A stretch of DNA of 63,998 nucleotides, filler included, from Dimargaris cristalligena (Eukaryota): assembly GCA_003614675.1 (NCBI GenBank). It is 9 parts of 9 records of this genome, joined end to end, with 100 filler letters (N's around TTAATTAATTAA, not from the genome) between each part and the next. Parts side by side here need not be neighbours in the genome. Positions count along the whole stretch, not along the records: positions 1 to 7,085 come from ML003455.1; positions 7,186 to 14,264 come from ML003456.1; 7 more parts are not named here. One strand, 5' to 3'. How positions within the stretch are numbered: position 1 is the first letter of the stretch; each line of letters starts with the position of its first letter. Under the pieces are notes generated by a model that was not told the origin of the DNA, made no database searches, and saw only the letters and a list, made by a program, of their open reading frames with translations. Shown here in pieces: positions 1 through 10,700 of this stretch. Both the position numbers and the translations under genes were made by a program.

Positions 1-21
1 AATATTGCTAGTTCGAATTTG

Positions 22-585
22 ATATCCCCTTGGCCCTCAATACTCCCACACTAGTTGGCAACGTAGACACTCTTAACATTATTAAGCATCTAATAGCCCC
101 CTCCGAATAGTCCGCCCGTATTCGGCCAGTCTGCATTACGTAGTGTAGCAATGACTGTCGCAGTTAGCTGTACCATTGGAGTTTTTAACCCCGATTATTC
201 CGCTTTACTTCCGTGGGATGGCATTCGTCTGACCTTCTGTATGTACGCTCTGGCCTAGGCCCACACCTATCATCCATATATTGGGCTGGGCTTGCTTATG
301 TCTAACTGTTAATGGCATATTAAACGCTGGCATCACTTGGTCCCAATTCTAGGAACGATTGCGGTCCATATGACATGGCCATTGTTTTTCAGGTGTTTCC
401 AAGACCACCAAATTTGTGTTGGTGAGGTTGGGGTGATATATACAGCTCCATTGAAAGCAGAGTTCAACCAGTTAACCCGAAAGCCGGGAGAGAGGTTTTT
501 TTTTGTTTCAACAAATATGTAATCGTGGGACCCAATGGGCATGATGAGCTATGGGATAGTTTACTGTACCGGTTGGGCGCAGGTC
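22..585. repeat. Diverged direct duplicate, copy 1 (copy 2 at ~4695-5279)
   Basis: Colinear shared blocks, e.g. CTTGGCCCT..ACTCCCAC, TCTAATAGCCCC..GAATA, TTAAACG.TGGCATC.CTT.GTCC..ATTCT.GGAAC.ATTGCGG, GGGTGATATATACA, AAAGCA.AGTTCAAC, ACAAATATGTA, GACCCAATGGGCATG, GGCGCAGGT. Confidence 0.85.
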
Positions 586-2492
586 AAAATGAATATTGGA
601 ATCTGCGGACGGTGCAATATAACTGGAAGTAAAGTGAGAATGCAGCCAAACGACCGCAGATGCCTATAGGCGGTTAGTTTTATTGAACAGTATACTCAGT
701 AGGGCGAAATAAAAATGACCACAGCCTAATTAAATAAACTAACGTAATTGGTGGATATGGGAGAGGGTGCAAGATCCGTCGGGACATATTTTTCAACAGT
801 TGAAAGGTCTATTAAATAAGTAATATAGCCGATTGCACATCTTTATTTATGTAGAACTCCGGTCTTGGGATACTCGGCTTGTGGAAGCGGGTGGAGGCTC
901 CCACTTCACTTTTGGCGCAGCATAAAGCTGCATTGGCTGGCTCCCTATACGCAGAAAATAGGAAATCTATAAAAATATGTTTTTTAACAAAAAATAGTTA
1001 AACTTGGTGGGGATTATTTGGATTTAATAAACAGAAAAACGGTATTCTTAGATAAAGCGAATGAATCGAGATAGCGTAACGATGAATCCCTTGGAGAATG
1101 ATGGTTGATCCATTGAATATATTGGGACATGGTATAGTACTTGGGATGCTGCACTGGCTACGACATTGGTGAACTAAATAACAGCTGCCGAATTTATGGC
1201 GTACAAGATCGATAATACTAGAGAGCTAATTAGACCATCCATCTTTAATGGAGTTTTTCAAAAAGAACCCACTTCGACTAATCCTCATGTACAGCAATAC
1301 CCAAGTCAAGTGTATCTGGGAGCGCGGAATCGTTGTCGACGACCGATTTCCCCCCGGAACTTACTAATAATTGCTGTTTACCATAGGTTTAGTGTAATAA
1401 TATACCATTAGACATACCTGTATAATAGAGCAGACGGGTCTTTCAGGAAGCCAAAAGTCAACATTCCCCGAAAGATACAGAACTATTCATTCGCACATTT
1501 CCCCCACAGTCTTTCATTCAAACAACACTACGACTATCCACTGTTTTGTTATTTAAATAGGCAGCACCGTTGAAAGTCTAGTTATAAATATACCAAGTGC
1601 AGCGCCTGGAATAATTGATCATAGCAGCGATTACGAATGGTCAATAGCAGCACAGTTGATTACTAAAGACACACTTACGAGTCCCACTATGGCTTTACAG
1701 GGAAATAAAAAAATACGAGACAGTCTTTCATATTAGGAGATTTATATTGTGTTTTATATCATAGCCGAATTGGTGCAAAAGTATGTTATTTTTTTGGATA
1801 TTTTCTGGCCACTAACCTCGCTGCAAAGGATAACGCATCATCGAAATCACCTGCCCAGAACTTCGAATTCCAATATTCCGATTGAACGATGGGTCAAAAA
1901 ACAAGTTGATATATCAATAAGTACTAAGTATTGGAGTAGGAGATATGTTAGGTGTTGGATAAACCACTGCATAAAATATGGCGAATAAAGGTGGATAAGA
2001 GCGCCAGTGAGGCACCGGCTTTGGTAAAGACCCATTGTACCGTGTACATCAACCGAGCAATTTAGAGAAGGGTTACGACGCTTTGAACAGATAGCAATAG
2101 CAAGGTCCGTAACCTAACCACCCCAGCCTCCCAAGGCTACTCGCATGGATATATTCCCTTGCATAAGGGCGACGGGAGGGTTAGCCAACTTGCAACAAAT
2201 TCTATTAGTAGTAAAATGAGCCACTAGACAGTCAATCACACCATCGCCGCCACTTGAAGCCACTTTAGATTACTATCGCAATTGTTCAACCACTACAAAT
2301 ACCATAAGAAGTACGGGTGAAATATAATCTGCAGCTACATTATTACCAAGTACTTTTCTAACCAACTATCTTGGACCCATCCCAATTGCATATGAACAGT
2401 GGCCGTCAACTCCCCTGAGCATATTAGGACAATAGCATATAAAATCACAATTTTATTTAAAATAATTAGAAATCGCAGGCTGGGTAATAAAA

Positions 2493-3731
2493 CTACCCAT
2501 CTGCGGCTTGCTCTATATAATCTTGATTTACGATATTATTGTATTCCTCAGTTGAGAGGAAGTATATTTTCATCCGAGGCAGAGCATTGCGAAGGGCCCG
2601 GCAGATTGGCCGGCCCGGTTTGTATATGCTTAATAGCAGTAAACCTTGTTGATTGCGTAGAGCAGGTAAAAGCGACTTAATCACAATAAACCTTATTGCA
2701 ACCCGCATATACATTAGATTGTTTGTAGAAAGATCACTAGGGATCAAACCCCTGGTGAATACCTTGTCGCGGTGGCACAAATCAAAATACGAAAGCCGCG
2801 GACAGAAACGCAGTGCGTAGTTGATTTCTTCCTCTTCGCAGGCACAATTTATCAAACACAGTTTCTGTAGGTTCAACCCGACTACGTCAATTACCTTTTC
2901 CAAAAGAGTGCTATAAAGAGTCACCTCGTAAAAAACCAGGCTGGTAATTGACCCGGCCATGGGCTGGTTCATATTTAATGGCACCGCCTGAGGGGCCCCC
3001 ATTCCGACGGGGATATTAGCCACGAGGTGCCGAAACACCACTGTTTTAAGAGTAGCACAGTGCTGAAATGCTCTACATACATCAACTAGATGCCAAATAG
3101 CCGTGTTCTGGAGGACTAGGCTATGTAGACTGCGGCGACTGTAAAATATGGCCGGCCAATCAAGCATATACCAGATGATATTTCCCTCCAGAACCAGGCT
3201 TCTATTTTCATTTGGAATTCCATGAGGCAGATTCGCTGATGCGAAAACGGCCCCTGGATGGATGATGGAATCCATGCGTTTGGGGCCGACAAGTTGTAGG
3301 TTCTCGACTAGTTGAATAATCCTCCCCAAAATCCGCACAAGCCTAGGCAACAGGGCGGTGTGGTGCACTTCAATAACTAGACTTTTCAAGACTTTCAGTC
3401 CGTCAGTGGCATTGCCAAGGAGCGAACAGAATTGGGGGTCAGCTGTGGTGTCACTTTCCAAAACAAGTGTGACCCGATGAATGGTTTCCCGGTACTTGTA
3501 AAGAACGCGATACATTTCTTGAGCATCGGGGGTGCTGGTTTCCATGCGCATACTTAGGAAACAAGGGGGGCGGAGGACCTGGGATTGGGCACGACAGACC
3601 GAAGAAAACGATAGCATATCCCTATTGGGGGCATATTGGTTCTGCTGGGCCACGCAATTACGTCCAAGCTCATTTGGTTGAAAGTTGGGGATAGAATGAC
3701 CGGTGGGTTGGTTGGGCACGCTGGGGTTCAT
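2493..3731 (-). CDS. Hypothetical protein with RNI-like/leucine-rich-repeat character (412 aa)
   Basis: Long intronless ATG ORF with repeated LxxLxL segments (LKVLKSLVIE, VENLQLVG, LHSLVLQN, LKTVVFRH, LQKLCLINC, CPRLSYFDL). No clear F-box. Confidence 0.65.
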   Translation of the reverse strand: MNPSVPNQPTGHSIPNFQPNELGRNCVAQQNQYAPNRDMLSFSSVCRAQSQVLRPPCFLSMRMETSTPDAQEMYRVLYKYRETIHRVTLVLESDTTADPQFCSLLGNATDGLKVLKSLVIEVHHTALLPRLVRILGRIIQLVENLQLVGPKRMDSIIHPGAVFASANLPHGIPNENRSLVLEGNIIWYMLDWPAIFYSRRSLHSLVLQNTAIWHLVDVCRAFQHCATLKTVVFRHLVANIPVGMGAPQAVPLNMNQPMAGSITSLVFYEVTLYSTLLEKVIDVVGLNLQKLCLINCACEEEEINYALRFCPRLSYFDLCHRDKVFTRGLIPSDLSTNNLMYMRVAIRFIVIKSLLPALRNQQGLLLLSIYKPGRPICRALRNALPRMKIYFLSTEEYNNIVNQDYIEQAADG

Positions 3732-4694
3732 TTTGTGGTTTTGGTAAAGATTTCTGGATGTCGAGATGTGCGTTAGGAGCTGTCAGGTTTTTGGAGCCGG
3801 GAATGATTGGGCGGCGGATTGGTCGAATGGTAGTGGGTTTTAATAGGATTGAGGAGTATAGCGACTATTTAGTATAAGAGTAGTGTGTAGCTAAACAATG
3901 AAGAGAGTAGGTAAAGTATTACTATAGTGTGTTGTTGACGGGTCTGGTTGGAGAGTGGAATGCTGCCTTTTTATCCTCCTCAATGCCAATTGCTGAAGTA
4001 AGGTAGCTCCTAAATTTTGCCGCACTTCGCATCGCCTGGATCGACTAGGCCCGGCTATCTATTTGAGAAGGGACGAAGAATCTGCCTTCCAAACGACCAT
4101 TGCGAAGCCACACCGAACCTGTAGCTCGACTCCCTAGCCCTATCTATCGGACATTTCGTAGCTTCCAGCCAAGGTCGAAGGCATATTTTTTAGTGACGGA
4201 TCAACGCATCTTCGCGGTCAGCAACCGACCTGACCGTATGCTTACCAGATAAAAATGTGGCCTACGATCGCCGTTGACCTTATTCTGGGTATCACCGACT
4301 TCACTGTCATCATCCATCTACTATTTAGCCAAATCCTCGACTTGTAAACTGCGGCGATTCCCCGTTCATCAAAAACTGTGCCAGGCCCATCGACGGTTGT
4401 CTATTTACAATATCTGAAAGCGGGGTAAGTAAAAGTATTCCGACCCAGACTTGGTTGAAGAAGGCTGAAGCGGTGAGAAATAGTCAGGCCCTCCCCCGGC
4501 AATTTCGAATAGCTGCTAAATCCTTCGCCCTTTGATCTCCCGTCTGGCGGGGTTCGATTATGCCTTAAGAAAATTTGCGAAGTTCCATGTCAAACTGTAT
4601 GCCCATTCATACGACGATTGGTGGTTACTTTCGATGCTGTACTCCCCCTTCCAGCCCATCAATCCGCCATTTAGAATATCGTAAGTCCGGATGT

Positions 4695-5279
4695 GATGTC
4701 CTCTTGGCCCTAAGCACTCCCACGCCAGCTATTAATATTGGCACTGGCAACAGTGGCAAGTATCTAATAGCCCCTTCTGAATAAGCCGCCCTTATTCTAC
4801 TAGGCAAGATTAGACTGTGTAGCGACGACTATCCTAGTTAGCTGGACCGTTAAAGAGTTACACTTGGTTATTCCGCCCAACGTTTGTGAGAGGTCATTCA
4901 CCTGGCATTCTGCATACACGCTATAGCCTAAGCAAACACTTATTATTTATTTATTTGGCTAGACACACGAATTTATACCTAACCGAGGGCATGTTAAACG
5001 TTGGCATCGCTTAGTCCAGATTCTGGGAACTATTGCGGCTTCTTTGGTATGGCTGCTGCTATGATTTACTGTCCAAGATTGCTGAATTCATGTTGGGGAG
5101 GTTGAAGATTACATGTAGGTCTGGGTGATATATACAACACCATCGAAAGCACAGTTCAACTAATCAACCTGATAGCCCAGGGGAATATTTTTATTTTTAT
5201 TTAACAAATATGTATTTGTAAGACCCAATGGGCATGGTTAGTTATACCATAGTCCATTAGGCTGGCTAGGCGCAGGTAC
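4695..5279. repeat. Diverged direct duplicate, copy 2 (copy 1 at ~22-585)
   Basis: Colinear with 22-585, with a short extra segment near 5103-5124. Confidence 0.85.
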
Positions 5280-5540
5280 TGATATCAAATATCAAGCAAT
5301 GGTGGAAACTCAGGTGGACCTGGGGTGTTAGTGACGTTTTAGTTTGCAATATTTGGATTGCGGGATATATGAGGCATATTAGCATTTCCTTGGAATATAG
5401 TATAATGTTCAAAAAAATTGAGGGCACATCCTGAGTGATTAGGGTCAGAAGAGCCTGTAAGTATATACAAAAGGACTGGCCGACTATTTTAAAAAACCAT
5501 ATAGATAATGTAAGTAAACTCAATTCTTTACTGCCTAATA

Positions 5541-6159
5541 TATCAGAGCACTTGTATATCTAAATTCCAGAAATACTAATGCCGGCCCTCCTAATCTGAC
5601 TTAATCTGGACCTAATGATTGCCCATCCTTATTAGGCCTTATAGCACCATATTAACCCTCCCATAGTCACCCCTGGTACTATGGGGTAATCACTTATTAT
5701 ATAACCCCTCTCCTTCCAGCCCCAATGCTTTGCACCATACACTCAACTTGCCAATCCAAGACTCTTCTGGCTCCCATGAGAGTCTTCCCAATGTGAAGTC
5801 ATCTAGTTGGATTGCTTACTTATCCATACCTTAATCTTAGTAGTATTTCCCTTGGGACCTCCCTCTGGAGCTGTCCCCACATTTATATAACCAGGCCCCA
5901 CTAGGACTGGTTCAATTCCTTAGCCTATTCTTACCCCCATAGTTTACCCTAATAAACTCTATATATGCTCACCCCTCATACTGATCAGTAAGTGTACCCA
6001 CTGCACATCCCTTGCATCTATCTGTGCTTATCCTTTATTGGTTAGTACCAATCCCTCCCTAATACTAGTAGCCCACTTAACCAGGTCTAAGCCCCACCTA
6101 CTATTAGACACCTACCCTCAGGACTCTTGATGGACTAAGAGTGGTTACCCTGGGTGACA
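5541..6159 (+). mobile_element. LTR / solo-LTR family, near full-length copy (~620 bp), CpG-depleted
   Basis: Ends in GGTGACA like copies at 13578 (-) and 43318 (+). The start TATCAG matches the TGTCAG start of the 36037 (-) copy after one G>A. Shares GGGACCTCCCTCTGGAG, TTCAATTCCTTAGC.TATTCTTACCCC and AATAAAC. 5' boundary approximate. Confidence 0.7.
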
Positions 6160-6589
6160 ACTAACCAAAGGGTAAATGCCAAATTGCCTTGAAGTAACTT
6201 AAAGGAATATTAGGAGAGGGAAAAACCCTCAGGTGGAATTTCTAGATGTGCATGATTAGTTTTATTGTGCTAGATTAAAGGAATTATATATTCAGACTTA
6301 TGCTCTGAGTATGGGGTGATACTGCCAACAACATGGAATTGGCAGGATGGGATAAATGAATTTACAACTATCTCCTGCTTAGGTGACTATCAATTAGCCC
6401 ATATCAGATTTTCAAGCTAAATGTACCTGTAATAAGAGTTACACCAATTAGTGTACTATATCTGACTCAGAATGGTCACCATTGGCTATTATAGGACAGG
6501 GGCACCTTGAGGTGGAGTAACTGTGAGACTGACCCTTAGAGCCCTAGGATCCCCTGTTTTCTGTAACTCTATTCATAATTCAATCCCCA

Positions 6590-6895
6590 TCAACTTTTCA
6601 AGTCTATAGAGCAATAGGTACCAGCATGCAGAGATAAGCTAAAGGTATAGAGGCTCACTTTTCTACTTATGAGGATTATTTGTCATGTTTTAAATCAATT
6701 TATTGGCACTGGCAGAAATTCACAGACTGTTATTAACTGCATACCCCTTAGTTGGCTATGAGCTATAAATATAATTGAATAATTTACTTTGTGTCCACAC
6801 AAGAATGAGGCATAATTTCTATATATTGAGTGTAATACTTGCCATACCTTCACTGGAGGCATCTGTTGCATGTAGATAGGGGAAGAGGCTGTCCC
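6590..6895 (-). pseudogene. Possible relic of Ty3/Gypsy RNase H
   Basis: Minus frame reads LFPYLHATDASSEGMASI...I*KLCLILVWTQSKLFNYIY...ACWYLLL. This resembles the TDAS / EKxCLAxVWxxxKLxxY / RWxLLL pattern. Several stops, no CpG. Confidence 0.3.
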
Positions 6896-7085
6896 TATTA
6901 GTGGGGTTTTTGATGTGTAGATAATAGTACCACAAAGTACATACCTCTCCTATCTATATTAAAATATTTCACATTGGGTTCCCTATTGTAAAGAACTGAA
7001 CTCAAATCCTTGAAAACTGAACTTTATTCAAAAAGATAGGTGATAAAAAGGGAAAGGTGATGATAGACTTACTGTTCCAAGAGGT

Positions 7086-7185
7086 NNNNNNNNNNNNNNN
7101 NNNNNNNNNNNNNNNNNNNNNNNNNNNNNTTAATTAATTAANNNNNNNNNNNNNNNNNNNNNNNNNNNNNNNNNNNNNNNNNNNN
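7086..7185. other. Artificial contig linker (also 14265-14364, 21399-21498, 28522-28621, 35626-35725, 42725-42824, 49820-49919, 56913-57012)
   Basis: Identical 44N-TTAATTAATTAA-44N block eight times, with stops in all six frames. Intervening pieces decrease monotonically in length. Confidence 0.99.
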
Positions 7186-7331
7186 ACCATATAATAATAA
7201 AAATGGAGGAAAAATGACTATACTCATCAGGGGCAGGGGCTCATTCACTCATCAGGGGCGTACTTCCAATAAGTGCAAAAAATGGATTAAAAATAAAAGT
7301 AAGTAAAAAATTTGGTAAGTTCACCACACTA
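7186..7331 (-). mobile_element. DNA-transposon terminus (hAT-like), inverted copy of 14058-14264
   Basis: Read inward: TAGTGTGGTGAACTTACC followed by subterminal CCCCTGATGAG / CCCCTGCCCCT repeats. Similarity to the 14058 copy stops exactly at TAGTG. Confidence 0.55.
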
Positions 7332-7341
7332 GCTAAAATAA

Positions 7342-7791
7342 ACAAGAAACCCAAGATATGGACATCACAAATGCAACTGCTGACTTAGTGACAAATTGCT
7401 TGTGGAAAGTCATGCTAAGTTACATGCTACTAGAAAGGAAGTACCTTGTAAAAAATGTAAGTGTCTATGGACCAATTCAACAGCCTTTAATAAGCACCAA
7501 AAAGTTCCCTGTGACAACACTTGCCCAAATTGCAAGAAATAATTTGATCATCAAGACACTCTTTACCTTCATCAGTGTACCAAAAAAGGTTGCCTATTTT
7601 CAGGGAACTGTGCTGAATGCAGTGAATTTTTAGATGATCCTGCCAAATACAACAGTCACGTGACAAATGGATATACTGGTGGCGGGACTCACAGTCTATG
7701 CTGGCTCAATGGCAAATATTTTAGGTTGGCGGGTATTTTGAGAAAGCGTCACTATGCGAAAATGTATGAGGGGGTATATGTGGTGCTGTGA
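7342..7791 (+). pseudogene. Decayed multi-C2H2 zinc-finger coding sequence
   Basis: Frame absent from the ORF track: ...KCNC*LSDKLLVESHAKLH..CKKCKCLWTNSTAFNKHQKVPC..CPNCKK*FDHQDTLYLHQC..CAECSEFLDDPAKYNSHV..CWLNGKYFRLAGILRKRHY. Stops at 7381 (TGA) and 7540 (TAA). Confidence 0.7.
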
Positions 7792-10700
7792 GAATTGACA
7801 CGAATGGCACACATGGTCAATCTAGCTGATAGCAAACAATGTGACTGTCTGACTTGCGATTCATACCGATAATGAGCTTACAATGGCGAGTCAATCAAAG
7901 CCAGCATTACCAGACCACAAACTATTATTATTATATACATTTTATTTTAATGTTTTAATTCGTAAAAAAACATTATATTTTCGTTTGATAGTACTGTTGA
8001 CTGATCCCGAGATGAAAGGAATCGTCCTTCGTCATGGGAAAAGTTTCTTAGCAAATTGATAAATCACGAAAATGATACATCACCGGTTTGTTCGATGGAT
8101 GGATAGAGCGTAATAGACAGGTAAATACATAAACCAGGCAATATCCTGCCGTCAAAGAGGAGAGTAGATCATCATTAATCGCTATTATTTTAATATAATT
8201 ACCACTATCATCTCATTCGCATAATAATAAAATTTACTTCCATTTTTTTTCTTCTTGACGATGTCTTCGAACGAAGGAACCCCAGCCCAGAAGAGTGTCG
8301 CCCCCGGAGAGCCCTCGAATACCGCGCACGGTGAAAAGGGGAGCGTGACCCCCACAATCACCGAACACACCATATACACCTGTCGTAAATACCGTAAAAT
8401 TTCATTTGAAAATAATTGCCAGAGAATACTTCAAGATAAATGCAAAAGCTCTTGACACACGTCCAGGACCTGGTGTGCCCAATGAGACACCCCGTTTGAT
8501 TATCATTATGTTGTATCCACAAAACGCACTTCCACTACCAACCCAATGCTATTAACACAAGACCCGGCTCTACATTGGCTTTAAATAAAAACCAAACAGC
8601 CCATGTCACTACTTTCGATGTTGACATAAATACTATGATAGTCGAATATGCCGTCTGTCAGCTGGCTATCCTATTGGTTGGATCGGAGCACCCTCTACTA
8701 GGATGTTCACTCAACCACTACTTGCCCAATGTTGGGTAGAAAGTCCCGATTAAAGCACATACCATAATTTTGACCGCCACTACTACGCAACACTATCTTT
8801 GATAGAAGAATAATAAGAGCTCTAATTATCACACATCACCTATAGGCCTTGAATTGAAAATATACTAGTCGTTCAACTAGCGGCTGACAACAGTCCATAA
8901 ACTACCTGCTTTACATGATTGATCTGAGGCCATCTCTGTATGAGGCATCGGCCAATTGGGGATTCGGTTTTCTGTAATGTTAACTATTCGGTACGGTTTG
9001 GCATATGGCTTTAACAAATAAATAAGAGGTAATCGGGTGATGATGGAGTATCAGATGTAAAATAATGGCCTTGAAATAGAATATCCGAATGGTTAGAAAA
9101 CGCGTATGCCGCCAAATAGTAAGCGTCCCAATCTCCGGAAACAACAGCTATAACTGTCCGTTGCCTACCCAGAGCCCATATAAAATATCTATAAAAAAAT
9201 GGAATCTTAACAGAACCAGAGGCCATGGTGGGTGACATGCCGTCAGAATACTATAATGTAAATCTTGGCTATCAACTCATAGACAGAACTCGACTAATGG
9301 AGTATTTGCGGTATAGATGGTTGGACTCACTCTGTAAGTGTTTGAATAACCAACTAGTGTTTATTTCTTGTGGTTTCAAATCAGGAACATTTAACCCAAC
9401 TGTGGGAGAAATAGATAGCGGGGTCATATAGTATATGTTTTGGAAAGGTGGATATGGGCACACTTTCTATACCGGTTCGGAAATCAAAGAAAAAATAGCG
9501 AAGCTGCGAAAATTCGGGATTTCAAGTTAGAGCGGGATTGTCACGGTGGCTAGTGCTCTGGCCAGTGCCTCACTCTGGTGGCTAGGCAAATTTCCGCTTA
9601 GAACTAGTTTAAATGCGGCGGAGGTTTCCTGGGCTCTACCGATATAGGCGATGCCTATTAGGAATGGGTGAATGCGGCCTCAGTGCACTTCACCTTGTTT
9701 GTGACACTTCTACTCTTGGATGTGACCTGCGACATCTCACTACCCTGCAACTGTCGACTTTTCAATAGTTTCGGATATGAGGGTCCTTGAAAGGGGACAA
9801 TCGATCATTGACTTCACTCCATGAACCGTGGTACCACCTTACTATATTTTTGACAATTTATTACCAACCTTGATATATGAGCACGTTGATCGGATAACCG
9901 CGGCTTACCCCAGTTGCCGATCTCTCCACCCCAGGACACCCAACTAACTAGGATACGATACGGCCCACGAGCAAAGAGAGAGGTAGGTCTGCTTCGAAAT
10001 GGTACGGCCGGAAGGTTAGGTTGTGGCTGAATCCGAGACTCATTAATAGCACTTCTACCGCATGGGTTACACATGGGTGGGTGGGACATGTCCTTGATGC
10101 CAAGGGTTATCCTACCTCTCTCGTTAGCCTGAGTAATAATAGGTTTTGCCGACTGGATACCGATAAAGTTCGGCTTGAGCGAATAATGATCGATGGGAAG
10201 TGACACAACGCATGGCCTGGATGCTTGTCTTATGGGTGCTCAACTGCCCTTTAGAATGATACAACATTGTCTTCCCTTTACCTCATGTGGGCTAAAAGGC
10301 TGGCCCTACCGATTTTCACCATAAAAGAGAGATGTGGCTGAGTAAGGGGGATACGGCGGGGCTTGCCATTGACCAGCCTTGGCCATCCGTATGAAAGCAC
10401 AACGTACTACCCAACTTAGACATTTTCTCATCCATTCACTCGACATACTCTTCACTTAATGTACCATATACCACTTTAATCCCTAGGAAGTTTTACACTT
10501 GGTAATATGAGTTAGAAGTTGGTCTGTATTTTTTTCTTAAAAATACCATCTAGCTAGGTTACCAACGGTACGGCTGTTGTGTCCATTGGCAAAGGCAAGG
10601 TCTTGCGAAGCGATGGCTGGGATAAGTCAACTGGCGGGAATGGCTATGAGAAGAGGAACGCCACAGAGTCAGGTTGTCATGATTAGAGAGTAGTTATGGG

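Noticed and set aside
7325..7332. CACTAG read as a Helitron 3' end or CACTA terminus
   Set aside because: The second copy continues CACTA-T, not CTAG, and no GC hairpin precedes it. Read inward the end is TAGTG, the wrong polarity for CACTA.
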